Shown one piece after another: positions 41,391 to 52,200 of a stretch of 64,000 bases of DNA (positions are counted from its first letter, which is position 1; the number at the start of each line of letters is the position of its first letter). The DNA comes from an uncultured Gammaproteobacteria bacterium (GTDB lineage: Bacteria; Patescibacteriota; Patescibacteriia; SG8-24), in NCBI GenBank assembly GCA_964486995.1, contig CAZAOV010000001.1:15697-79696 (forward strand), written 5' to 3'. The notes under the pieces are model-generated. The model saw only the letters and a list, made by a program, of their open reading frames with translations. It was not told the origin of the DNA and did not search any database. Made by a program: the position numbers and the translations under genes.

Positions 41391-42329
41391 CTAGACAGTA
41401 CCGCCCAACTTAGCGCCAACGTAAATGATGTAGGCAATTAACAGCAGTGCTGCCTCACGCCGTGACAATCTCTTCCGACTCCATAAAACGAAAAATACCA
41501 ATGCGGTGAGCACCATCAACATCACCATATCGATATAAATCAATGATTTTGTCACCAAAATTCCAGATACCACAGCTGCACCTCCCAACGCCACCAAGAT
41601 GTCAAAGGTCGTACTGCCAATCAGATTACCGACCGCCAATTCGCCCTGCTTCTTTCGGATTGCCGCCACCGACGTGGCGAACTCGGGCAAACTGGTACCT
41701 AAACCGACGATAAGCGCTCCGACTACCGACTGGGCCACACCCCACTTTTCGCTCAAATTCAAGGCGTTTTCAACGGTCATGTCTGCCGAAAAGGCCAACA
41801 GCACCAAACCACCGATTAAAGTAAAAATAGATTTGAAAAGATTGATTTTGGGTTGTAAGCGAATCCTATCTCTTATTTTTTCTTCGCGCATCAGCAGCAA
41901 GAGATACATCAGATAGGCAAGCAGCATGAGCAAACCGTTGCCACGCGTTATTTCTCCGTCCAATGAAAGGCCGAACAACAGCACGGCGGCAAACACCAGC
42001 ATGAAACCATCACGAAGCAACCGGCTTCGCTTAATGTGCAGGGTGGTTATCAGCCCGGCCAATCCCATCATAAGCGCTGCCTGCCCAAAACTGGTCCCGA
42101 CCGTCTGACCAACGATGAAGCCAGAAGTTTCATTGCCGGCAACGCGATCGAAAGCCGCAGTCAAAGTGACGAAAACTTCCGGCACGTCAGTACCGATCGC
42201 CAAAATCGTCAAACCAATAAAGGCACGTGATAACCTGAAGTGATTGGCAATATCCAACGCACCGCTAATCGCCAATTCCGAGGCCAACCACAGACCCGCT
42301 AGGCCACCGATAAGATATAGCTCTGTCAT
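41391..42329 (-). CDS. Calcium/sodium antiporter (YrbG-like)
   Basis: Alpha repeats GTDVPE and GTSLPE, GNLIGS. Confidence 0.92.
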   Translation of the reverse strand: MTELYLIGGLAGLWLASELAISGALDIANHFRLSRAFIGLTILAIGTDVPEVFVTLTAAFDRVAGNETSGFIVGQTVGTSFGQAALMMGLAGLITTLHIKRSRLLRDGFMLVFAAVLLFGLSLDGEITRGNGLLMLLAYLMYLLLLMREEKIRDRIRLQPKINLFKSIFTLIGGLVLLAFSADMTVENALNLSEKWGVAQSVVGALIVGLGTSLPEFATSVAAIRKKQGELAVGNLIGSTTFDILVALGGAAVVSGILVTKSLIYIDMVMLMVLTALVFFVLWSRKRLSRREAALLLIAYIIYVGAKLGGTV

Positions 42330-42671
42330 ACTGCCTAATTTTATAGCAGGGGGAAAATATAATAAAGACGCATCGCCAGCCCATGCGACATTCTAACCAC
42401 GGCACCACCCTTACCATAACTCACAAACCAGCCGATGATGAATGCACCGACAACGTTGTGATCGCGGGCGGAGCGCCGCAGTCTCGTGAACTTTAAACGG
42501 ACACCCAAAAAAAACGGAATCTTTCCGAAAGGCTTCTGCAATTACCATATCGTGTACAGTCCCTACTATCGCCTTTCTTCTAACGAATAGTGGTTTGACC
42601 TTTATCAAAACCGAATCGCCGAGAATTAAATATAAAACCGACCCCACATTGAAGATCGGTTTTTTGCGGAA

Positions 42672-43163
42672 TTAATCGTCTGCCGTGAATCTTTGACTCC
42701 TTTCCGTCTTTTTTTGCCCCTGCCGTTTCTTGTCACTTAGACGCCGTTCGTCCGCGGCGCGGGGTTTTTGGGTCTTGATTCGCTTCTTTTTAGGGGTGAG
42801 CGCCTTGCTCACGGCCTTATTCAGCCGCTCGATGACTCGCTCACGATTGTTGTGCCAAGAACGGCTCTGCCGCTCAGACATCACGACTTCATCATCGCTG
42901 TTGAGGTTATTGGCCATGACCTCCCGAATGAGTTGCTTTTCCTGATCGGAAAACTCGGCTGACTCCATCAGATTCCATCGCAACACTGCCTTGGAGCTGG
43001 TCTTATTGACCTTCTGACCACCCGGACCAGAAGAACGTGTGGCAGTAATCTTAAGCTCACCCTCCGGTACGAGATTGGGCATGTTGTCCTCCTTGTTTTT
43101 TGGTTCGTTCAGCGCCTCTTCCGGCATCGACGAAAACCCTTCGTTATGGGTCATACCCGACAA
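42672..43163 (-). CDS. arfB: Alternative ribosome rescue factor (peptidyl-tRNA hydrolase)
   Basis: RSSGPGGQKVNKTSSK, basic C-terminal tail. Confidence 0.93.
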   Translation of the reverse strand: MSGMTHNEGFSSMPEEALNEPKNKEDNMPNLVPEGELKITATRSSGPGGQKVNKTSSKAVLRWNLMESAEFSDQEKQLIREVMANNLNSDDEVVMSERQSRSWHNNRERVIERLNKAVSKALTPKKKRIKTQKPRAADERRLSDKKRQGQKKTERSQRFTADD

Positions 43164-43420
43164 TTATACCATATAGTGACCAATTGATTGCCAAAGAACT
43201 GCTAAACATAGCATAATTTTAACAATGAGTCAAGCGTATGAGCAAAATACGTAAAAACGAAAAAAACCACGCGACGTCCCGTAGGCGCTTTTATACAATC
43301 ATGACTGGTTCGACTGTCCGAAAATACGCATCTCGCCTAGGTCAGGGGCAAGCCCGCAGTTGCACACATGTATTTATGAACATCCGTAAGACGCCGCTTG
43401 GTCTTCTACCCTTAGGTTTC

Positions 43421-45169
43421 TTACACCAACCTCAACCAATTATCCTCAAGCCTTTTTATTTCCTGTTTGATTTCCTCTAGCCGCCGGGTTTTTTCCGGCA
43501 CGTAGTCGGTCGGATTTTCAAAATAGTATTTAAGAATGACGTCTTTTTCATTCTCCAGATCGCTTATGCGATTTTCAAGTTTCTTTCGCTGACGTTTTAG
43601 ATTGCGTGCTTCTTCGGCAAGTCGCTTGCGCTCCAACTTTTCAGCGGACGGTTCTTTCTTGATTTCGACCTCGTCCTCGACGCCGCGAGCCGACAACTCG
43701 TAAACATATTCCTCAAACGTGCCGATATATTGTCGCACCGTACCGTCCGTCACTTCGAACAGCCGATTGGTTATGGCATTAGTGAACGTTCGTGCGTGTG
43801 ACACCAGAATCACGGTACCCGGATATTTCTTGAGCGATTCGGCCAGTACCTCTACGGTTTCGGCGTCGAGATGATTGGTCGGCTCATCGAGCAGCAGAAC
43901 GTTATGCTCGCGCAACATTATGCGCGCCAGCCGCACCCGTGCTCGCTCCCCGCCGGACAGCACACTGCACGGCTTTTCCAGATCGTCTTCACGGAACAGA
44001 AACGTACCTGCCGCAGCCAGGATTCGCTCCCCGGATGTGCCGGGCAATGACGCTTTAGTCAACGCATCGAGCACGGTCTGCTCTGGCGGCAATGTCTCCT
44101 CGGACAACTGCGAGTAGTAACCGATGTCCGCCCGATGCCACCATTTAATTTTTCCGTTGACCGAGGGCAGAACGCCAGCCAGCGTTTTTAGCAGCGTGGA
44201 TTTGCCGCGCCCGTTTTCACCGACAATCGCCACCTTGTCTCCGCGCGCTATTTCAAAATTTATTTTCCGGGCAACAGCGCAACCGTCATAGCCGACGCTC
44301 AAACCTTCGGTAATTACCGCCGGACCGTCCGGCACCGAACTACAGGTGATGGTAAACGCCGCAGTCGGCAAAGACCCTTCCACGATCCGAAGCTGATTGC
44401 GCAAGCGGCCGATATGCTTAATCTTGTCCTGCGCCCGCGATGCCTGACTCGCCTTGAACCTAAAACGATCGACGAACTTCTGATTAGCCTTAATCTCGCG
44501 CCGCAATTTCTTGTTCGTCTTTTTGGCAAACTCGGCCTGCTCTTCCTTCCAATCCAGATACGTATCCACGTCGCCGGTGAAATTCACCAGCTGGCCGCGC
44601 TCAATTTCCCACGTATGCGTACACAGATTGCGCAACACTTCGCGGTCATGCGACGTGATGACGAACGCGCCGTTATAGGTCTGAAGAAATTTCTCAAACA
44701 ACAGCAGAGTCGGTAAGTCCAAATAGTTCACCGGCTCGTCCAGAATCAGCACGTTCGGTTCGACGAGCAGCATCCGAATTATCTTCACGCGAATCTGATA
44801 GCCGCCAGACAGTTCAGCCGGTACGGCGGTCAAAACCTCGTCGCGCATATCAAACCGCGCGGCCAGCTTTTCGCATTGCCATTTTTCTTTACCGGTTTCG
44901 GTCATTAGGTGCTGCAAGACGGTTCCGGCCTCAGGCAGGCGCTCGTGCTGATCCAGCACGCCCAAATGCGCATCCGGCATGATCATAATTTCGCCGTCGT
45001 CCGGCTTGTCCTGCCCAGTCATCATCTTGAGCAGGGTGGTCTTGCCTGTGCCGTTGCGGCCAATTAGCGCAATGCGCTGTTTTTCGTAAACCGAAAAAGA
45101 TACGCCCGACAGCACCACCTGACGACCGTAAATCCGTTCAACGTTTTTTCCGGCGATAAGAGTTTTCAT
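43421..45169 (-). CDS. ABC-F family ATPase
   Basis: Two ABC domains (GRNGTGKTT, GENGRGKST, LSGGE, DEPTNHLD), no TM segments. Confidence 0.93.
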   Translation of the reverse strand: MKTLIAGKNVERIYGRQVVLSGVSFSVYEKQRIALIGRNGTGKTTLLKMMTGQDKPDDGEIMIMPDAHLGVLDQHERLPEAGTVLQHLMTETGKEKWQCEKLAARFDMRDEVLTAVPAELSGGYQIRVKIIRMLLVEPNVLILDEPVNYLDLPTLLLFEKFLQTYNGAFVITSHDREVLRNLCTHTWEIERGQLVNFTGDVDTYLDWKEEQAEFAKKTNKKLRREIKANQKFVDRFRFKASQASRAQDKIKHIGRLRNQLRIVEGSLPTAAFTITCSSVPDGPAVITEGLSVGYDGCAVARKINFEIARGDKVAIVGENGRGKSTLLKTLAGVLPSVNGKIKWWHRADIGYYSQLSEETLPPEQTVLDALTKASLPGTSGERILAAAGTFLFREDDLEKPCSVLSGGERARVRLARIMLREHNVLLLDEPTNHLDAETVEVLAESLKKYPGTVILVSHARTFTNAITNRLFEVTDGTVRQYIGTFEEYVYELSARGVEDEVEIKKEPSAEKLERKRLAEEARNLKRQRKKLENRISDLENEKDVILKYYFENPTDYVPEKTRRLEEIKQEIKRLEDNWLRLV

Positions 45170-45258
45170 GTTGCCACCATACTAACTTATCAATACAGAA
45201 TATTGAAGTCTTACGTAGCAAAAACCGCTCGGTGCACCGAGCGGTTTTTGTTCGATGA

Positions 45259-46032
45259 TTACTGCAGTCCGATAAACGGCGTGGCGTTGCCCCAGTAGGT
45301 CGGAGTCTTTCCGTCCCATTTCTCGATCCAACGAAGTTGCAGCACGGCCGAGCTAATCTCCTGTCGCTGTAGGCGCAACGACTCGGCCTCGGCCTTGGCT
45401 TGCTCAATCTTCTGTTGAGCCTCCAGCTTGATGCGATCCAAGTCACGCTCGGCCTTCAGGGCGTTCTGCTCAGCGGTCTGCTTGGCCTCGATGGCTGAAT
45501 TGAACTGCGCACTGAAGTCAAAATTGACGATGGAGAAATCATCCACCGACAGATGATTGGTCTGCAGGCGTTGGCGTAACTGGTCGGTTATCTCGGTCTT
45601 CACCTCTGGACGTTTGGTGATTAGCTCCTCGGCAGTGAACTTGGCGGCCGCAGATTTCACCGATTCCTGAATGGCCGGGTCGATAATGCGCGAGGCATAA
45701 TCCAAACCGACCTCCTGATACAGCTTGTTGACCGCATCCGGAGCCGGATGATAATTGAGCGCAATCGTTGTGCTCACGCTCTGTAAATCTTTAGATGCGG
45801 AATCAGCCTCAACTTGGATCTTGCGTGTTCGCACCTCGATATTATGCACGGCCTTAAGCGGATTCTTGATATGGATTCCCTCATCAAAGACGTTATCTTG
45901 CACCTTACCAAACAGCGTTATGACGCCGCGGTGACCGGCTGGCACCACCGCCAAACAGGTCGAAGCGAAAAGCAGCAGAACAAAGACCGCAACCGCTCCG
46001 GTTATGGCCTTCTTGGGTATTTTTGGTTGCAT
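45259..46032 (-). CDS. Prohibitin/SPFH domain protein
   Basis: VPAGHRGV, SKDLQ, AEELITKR, AIEAKQ, WDG. Confidence 0.93.
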   Translation of the reverse strand: MQPKIPKKAITGAVAVFVLLLFASTCLAVVPAGHRGVITLFGKVQDNVFDEGIHIKNPLKAVHNIEVRTRKIQVEADSASKDLQSVSTTIALNYHPAPDAVNKLYQEVGLDYASRIIDPAIQESVKSAAAKFTAEELITKRPEVKTEITDQLRQRLQTNHLSVDDFSIVNFDFSAQFNSAIEAKQTAEQNALKAERDLDRIKLEAQQKIEQAKAEAESLRLQRQEISSAVLQLRWIEKWDGKTPTYWGNATPFIGLQ

Positions 46033-46211
46033 ATGTTTCTAAAATTATTATTAGGTTAAATATTGCAGACCTGCCGTCCTTTCTCCCGTCATTCCCGCGA
46101 AAGCGGAAATGATGTGAAGGGCGACATTGGCATATGAATGAATATTACACATTCGTCACAAAAAAGCATGGTTTAAACGTGCCATGCTATATTTAACGGG
46201 TAATTATTCAT

Positions 46212-48200
46212 TTGTCTATGCAAACCAATACCATGCGTCACTCATATCAAATCATTGCGGCTGCAGCAGTAGTCGTGCTTATGTTCTTCTGGATGCCGAA
46301 CGCATATGCGCAGGTACCGGAATTTACCGATGAGCCATTTGACGCAACTGGCCTGTGCGTCGATGAGGGCTATGAAAGATACGAGACGCCCATCGAGTGC
46401 GAAGAGCGGTGCGATAATTGTGTCTTGGACGAAGACCAATGCTGGAGCTGTCAGAGTCAGCCCGAACCGGAAACAACGCCTGGTCTCTGGAAACGGTTCA
46501 CCAACTGGGTCGGCAGTTTTTTCAGCAGGGTCGTACAGTTCATTACCGGCAACGCACCGACCGAAGAACCGGATCCGAACCGTTCTGAACTAAACATTGC
46601 CTGGCGCACGGCTTCTGCGGCAGGCAAGAGCGTGCTCGGCTATCATCGCGGCGAGGGTCGCGGCAATGAAGAAGCCATAAACCAGCAAATCAAAGATGCC
46701 CTTGCTAATGCCGACTCCATACCGGACTTGCTGAAACTGCGCACTATTTTCATGATCTATTGTCAGGACAAGCACAACCAAAATTACAAATCCCAAGCCG
46801 CCTGCATGAATGATTTTATGGATGAATTTCGTAAGCGCGGCGATGTCCTAAAGGAACGGCTGTTGGCACAAATCGATTCCAGTGACGGCAGTGCCAAAAC
46901 GTACAAGAGGATTGTTGGCCTGCGCTCAATCCTAATGGCCGGCACGAACGCGAGCGGCGAGGGGTATTGGTTTTCGACCGACAATATCAAGAAGGTCATG
47001 GAAGCGTTGAAGGGCAAGATGAAGGAGTGGCTACAGGCAGCGCTAGTGCACAACGCTTCGCTCGAGAACATCCATACTTGGTATTACTTTGCCCAAGCTT
47101 ACACTAAGGCTGTCGTAAAGGAAGGCGACTCACCCGGCTCCGGCCTCATGGAAGGGTCTAATCCTTCGTTGTTGGTGCGGTATCGAGCGCGACGACTGGC
47201 CCTGCAAGAAATGATTAAGATCGACATCTGCAATCCCGACCCGGAGAAGCTCAAGAAGTTCCAGGAGCTGTTGAGCCAGCCGCCCGGCTGCAGAAAAATT
47301 CTCGGCAGTACGGTTGCCTGCGCTGATATAATGTCCGGCAAGCTTGAAGCGGCGTACGCTTATCTCTACGACATGGACGAAGGAGACGAAGCCAACGACA
47401 TGCCGCAGAACAAGGCGTCGGAACCGATTAAATGCGATAAGCAAAGCACAACGACCACCGCTGATACTTCCGACGATGAGCCCTTAGCCGTTCCAACCCC
47501 GCCGACCGAGGAGAGCGGTGATGATGTCGGCGCTTACGAGAGAGAGACACAAGCAACTGACTCGGACGGTAACCCGACACAAGGTGACCCACCGCCGGTC
47601 GGCGCCGACACGGAGGAAGGCACCGAACATACCGGGGCGGATTCAGGTGCTGCCTCCGGCAATCCCGAACCCGATTCAACCGAACCGCCCGGCGACACGG
47701 AATCCGACTCGACCCCCGCTTCCGGCGATTCCACCGATTCGACAGATGAACCAACCGAACCAAACGAGACCGATGACCCGACAGTCGAGCCGAACGGTAC
47801 GGGCACGCCTGACCCCTGCGAACTGCCTGAAAACCTTGATTCGCCCGAATGCATTACGGCCGGCGAACCGAACCCGGAGGAACCAACCGCGACTCCAGTC
47901 GTTCCGCCAGACCCAGAAGAACCCTACTCCATGTGCGATGTCGTCATAATCTCTGACCCGATCGTCGGCTGGGACTTCTATACCCAAGACTGCAATGCCG
48001 CCCGAGAAGACGTGATATTCGCCTTCACTTCATGTGGCTGGCAACCCCCTCTGGTCGTGGCCGACGATTCCGGCCCGGAAATCATGTGCTACGAAACGGC
48101 CGGCGGATTCATAGATTATCAATCTATAATTCCGTGCCATCCGATCCCCTGGCCAGACGAGCCCGTCGTTCAGTGTGTCGAGGAACACCTGATGATGTAA
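46212..48200 (+). CDS. Secreted Cys-rich protein with a long acidic Pro/Thr/Asp/Glu linker
   Basis: Signal peptide ending AYA; low-complexity stalk; terminator hairpin at 48204-48240. Confidence 0.8.
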   Translation: MSMQTNTMRHSYQIIAAAAVVVLMFFWMPNAYAQVPEFTDEPFDATGLCVDEGYERYETPIECEERCDNCVLDEDQCWSCQSQPEPETTPGLWKRFTNWVGSFFSRVVQFITGNAPTEEPDPNRSELNIAWRTASAAGKSVLGYHRGEGRGNEEAINQQIKDALANADSIPDLLKLRTIFMIYCQDKHNQNYKSQAACMNDFMDEFRKRGDVLKERLLAQIDSSDGSAKTYKRIVGLRSILMAGTNASGEGYWFSTDNIKKVMEALKGKMKEWLQAALVHNASLENIHTWYYFAQAYTKAVVKEGDSPGSGLMEGSNPSLLVRYRARRLALQEMIKIDICNPDPEKLKKFQELLSQPPGCRKILGSTVACADIMSGKLEAAYAYLYDMDEGDEANDMPQNKASEPIKCDKQSTTTTADTSDDEPLAVPTPPTEESGDDVGAYERETQATDSDGNPTQGDPPPVGADTEEGTEHTGADSGAASGNPEPDSTEPPGDTESDSTPASGDSTDSTDEPTEPNETDDPTVEPNGTGTPDPCELPENLDSPECITAGEPNPEEPTATPVVPPDPEEPYSMCDVVIISDPIVGWDFYTQDCNAAREDVIFAFTSCGWQPPLVVADDSGPEIMCYETAGGFIDYQSIIPCHPIPWPDEPVVQCVEEHLMM

Positions 48201-48459
48201 ACGAAAAACGGCTGAGCATAAACACGCTCGGCCGTTTTTTATTTACTGATGTCAGCCAACGAATCGCCTTGTTATTTCCGCCGACCAGCTGCTTTTTCTG
48301 TTCGCTAACGGGCGCCTGCTACCGCTCTAAAACAGCATTAAGTTCATCGGGCGAGGATTGAAGTCTAGGATGCCAACCGGCTTGCCGCTACCAACGACGA
48401 TTCAAAAAATCTGCTCGGCTCGGAACCGGTGGGGACGCGAGCCGTTAGTGCTTACCCTA

Positions 48460-49179
48460 TTATTGCGCCAGATAGGACTTTAGCGTATAAATCCAGTCTT
48501 CCTCGCCCTGCGGATCGTCTATCTTTTTCATCAGCAGCCATTCCAGATAACTGCGGTCCTCTTTAAGCACGTCTTCCAGCAGCTTTCCGGCATGTTTGCC
48601 GAAATTGATACGCCGCATCAGCGACGGTCGCTTGGAAATCTCAATCATTTCCTTGTATATATCCGCATCCTTGCCGTACTCGATCCTCATCTTTTCCTCG
48701 AGACGACCAAACAGGCCTTCCAACACATCCACGTCTCCAGCCGCGTCGTGGGCGACCGCCTTGATATCCAACCCCAGATAATATCGCAGGTATTGAAGTG
48801 AATAGCGCGGTATCTTGGCTTCCATATCCAAGTGCCGCACCAGCTTTAAGGTACATATGACGTTCTTGGTCACTATACCCTCGCGCCGCAGCATGTCCGC
48901 GTCGAACGCGGCGTTATGCGCCACTAGCACCGCATCGTCTCTTTCCAACAGCTCACGCAAATTATTAAACATCTCGGAATCCTGAAACGCCGGTTTGTCG
49001 TCCACTATTTTTTGGGTGATGTGGTGAACTGCCATCGCATCAATCGTAATCGGCAACGGTGGCTTGAACAGCTCACACTTCATCTCACCCTCCGTTTTGT
49101 ATGCAACTTGGCACAGCCGATCCTGCGGCTTCACGCCAGTGGTTTCTGTATCTAGAAAAACTAATTTCATAATTATCAA
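48460..49179 (-). CDS. DEDDh 3'-5' exonuclease (exonuclease X-like)
   Basis: DTETTG, AHNAAFD, YSLQYLRY, HDAAGD, FGKH. Confidence 0.92.
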   Translation of the reverse strand: MIIMKLVFLDTETTGVKPQDRLCQVAYKTEGEMKCELFKPPLPITIDAMAVHHITQKIVDDKPAFQDSEMFNNLRELLERDDAVLVAHNAAFDADMLRREGIVTKNVICTLKLVRHLDMEAKIPRYSLQYLRYYLGLDIKAVAHDAAGDVDVLEGLFGRLEEKMRIEYGKDADIYKEMIEISKRPSLMRRINFGKHAGKLLEDVLKEDRSYLEWLLMKKIDDPQGEEDWIYTLKSYLAQ

Positions 49180-49250
49180 GTCAAATTTATTATGAATATA
49201 GCATCATTGGCGAAAAACAAAAAAAGACAGCCGCCAAATTGTGTCCGCAA

Positions 49251-52200
49251 TCAGACTCTCACCTCGAACAAACCGTTCGGTACTTTGCCGCCACCGGCAT
49301 CAGTATAGACAAACGGACTGCGCGAGCCCCCACCGCGAAGTGTGACCACATCGCTTAATTTGTCAGAAACAGTCTCATCCTTGGAATGTGCGTTCACGCC
49401 CATTTTTTGCGCTTTTTTCTGCACAAAATTACCCATGGCTTCTTTTATCTTCGGATGCGAATTGCTGCTGTAAACGCGTTCCATAAACAGCGCCGGTTCG
49501 CCAGCGTCGTTTTCCAACATACGCACCACGGCTCGCGCCAAGATGTTCTTGTCCTCATCGTACATTTGAATAATCTTCACGCCCGGGTCGCTCAAATATG
49601 ACATCAACCCGACGTTCATCCCCATGGAACTTTTATAGCTCTGGCATGACGGCACCGGTTTCTCGCCAATCAACGCATGCACTGACACATCAACCTCGTC
49701 GGTCAAGATCAGCTTGGACTTAGAAATCCGTTCACCGCCAAACATGCTTTGATGCGCATTATGCAACAAATGTTCGATGCGTTCCAAATCCTGCGCAAAG
49801 TCAGGATTCTCGTCGTCGAATACGTCATGCATATCGCGGAAAACAACATCGAGCGGCAGGCGTTTCTTTTTGTCGTCAAACGCCAGTGATTTTGTTTCCA
49901 CGCCCTCCAGAGAGATGCGTCGCAACCTCGCGAGGTAAATCTGCGCCCGAGTTCTCTTGATTTCCGGGTTGTTCCCCGCCAGGTGTTCATTCACTTTTTG
50001 CTGCAATTCGTGGAACTCCGCTTTCTCTTCTTCCGGAACATCTTCGTATTTCAACCCTTTCTTCCTGGCCTTCTTTACGGCTTTGAAACGCGCTTTAAGC
50101 TCCTTTTGTCGCGCGGTCCACTCTTTGATTGGCTCGGTCAGGCGCTCGTATTTGGCTTTTAGAACTTCGTCATCGGGCGGAATTTCGTTCACATCAATAT
50201 GATGATCGGCCATCGCCTGAGACAGAATGTCGCGCACGCTGCTATGAACATCCTTGATGTCATAGCCGAGTGCCTCATCAAAACCAGCTTCATCATGTTC
50301 GAGCCAGGCACGATACTGTTCGGCCGACAGCTCGGTCGGCAACAACCCTTCTTGCCTGAGCCGATTCAATCGGCCCTCAGCCTGCTGTTCGTTCTCCGGC
50401 GATCCGCCCTCGCCCCACGCCCGCCAATCCTCATAGTCACCGGCCACCACATGTTCAATGAACTGCCTGAACGCATCTTCCATGTCGGCCCGTTTCCGAC
50501 AGGTTTGCCGATAATAAATCGACAATGCCGCAATCGCCTCACCGGTCAGGCCCTCAAACCGCACCTCGTTCTCCGACTTCAGCTCGAAAATATTCTGCAT
50601 GTGTTCGCTGATACGACCCATGAGTTTGTCGCGCAACTCTGACCAATCACCCTGCGCCAAATCATATTCTAAACCTTCATCCAGCTGATTATGCGCCACA
50701 AACTCCAGCATCTCTACCGCCTCCTTGCGCTGAGCCGATGACAAAGCAAATATCGCCGGAGCATTATCCTTAGCAAGCGGCATGACATCTAATATCGCCA
50801 CGCGATTCATCATATCCATGAATTGCTCGGGCGGATAAGCCTCTGACGGTTTCAACTGCTTGCCCTTTCGCTGCTGCTGAACCTTGGCAATGACCTCCAG
50901 CTCTTTGCGGTGCAGTTCATAGAACGCTTTACCCGATGCTATTTCCAGCATGGCATCATAATAGTCCTGTTCCAGCTCATCGGCCTGCTCGATGTGGTGA
51001 TAGGGATTTATTTCCGCCAGCTTATTTGTCACCTCGGCCGACAAATTAAGTTTGTGATAATACTGCCCGTATCGATTACCGGAAAACGCCACGCTCCGCG
51101 CTCTGGCCAAATAAAGTTTTTCTAATTCCTCATCTGGAACTTGTTCTCTGATATCCCTAAATTCCCGACTGGTATCAGTGAGCACCGCCGGATTCACCAC
51201 CGCATATTCAGCGATGTTCTCGCGCATCAAATCCTGCATTTCTAAATCATCCATGCCGGCGACACCTGCCTCGAAGACATAAAATTTATTCGCCTGACTC
51301 TCTTCGGTTATGGAATCACGCACCTCGTCAATCCATCGCAGACGTTTGCGCTCATGCTGCTCGGACAGCGACTCCTCGAGGCGCTCTTTTTTAATATCAT
51401 CAATTTTCTGCAGTGCCGCGCGCAAGTCATCCCGTAGTGTCTTTTTTTCGCTCATGGATACCAACTTGCTTTTCAGGCGGTCACGCAAGTATCTCACATT
51501 CTGCTCCTGTCTTTTTAGCCCCTCCTGCCACCATTCGAGGTGATTCTTGAAATCACTTTCCACCCCATGCAACTGCCTTAGCAGCTTTCCGTAGTAACGA
51601 GTTTGACCAGTTTCCGCCAGCCGTTCCATGAACTGCCGTCGCAGTCCAGGCAGCGCAATCATCTCTCTCATTATGCTTTCACTATCTAAAAAATCTTCGA
51701 TATCGACAGACCGAATTCGCTCTAACATGAGTCCGATGGTTTCTCGAGCTCCGATTAGCTCAATAACGGCTCTCAGTTTGTAAGCCAGGTCTGTTGCCGC
51801 CTCGAAAGCGCCGGGCTGTTCCAGCAAGACTCGTTTTATTTGTTCCTGATAGGGTTTAGCCGCTTCGCTCCCGATGAAATACTCAATAAAATTTAAATCA
51901 ACGGGAATCGTCAGCTGCCGCTCAAAAAAATCTTCTCGCTCCTGTTTGCTGTACACCTTTTTGAATGCCAAGCTGCCAAACAGGTGAGGCGACGCCTCGA
52001 TTGTCCGCCTAGCGGTGACCTGCAGGGTGTCACTGCTGATATCGAAAGTTTCACCGGATTTTTCTTTCTGACGCAGTTGCTTTGTCAGGCGCGGATAGTG
52101 TTCAAGAAAATATGACGCGTCTTTTTGCATTTCCTCAACCAGCCGGTCAGCCGGAACAATATCGTGTTGAAGCGCATATTCGATGTTATACATCCATAGC

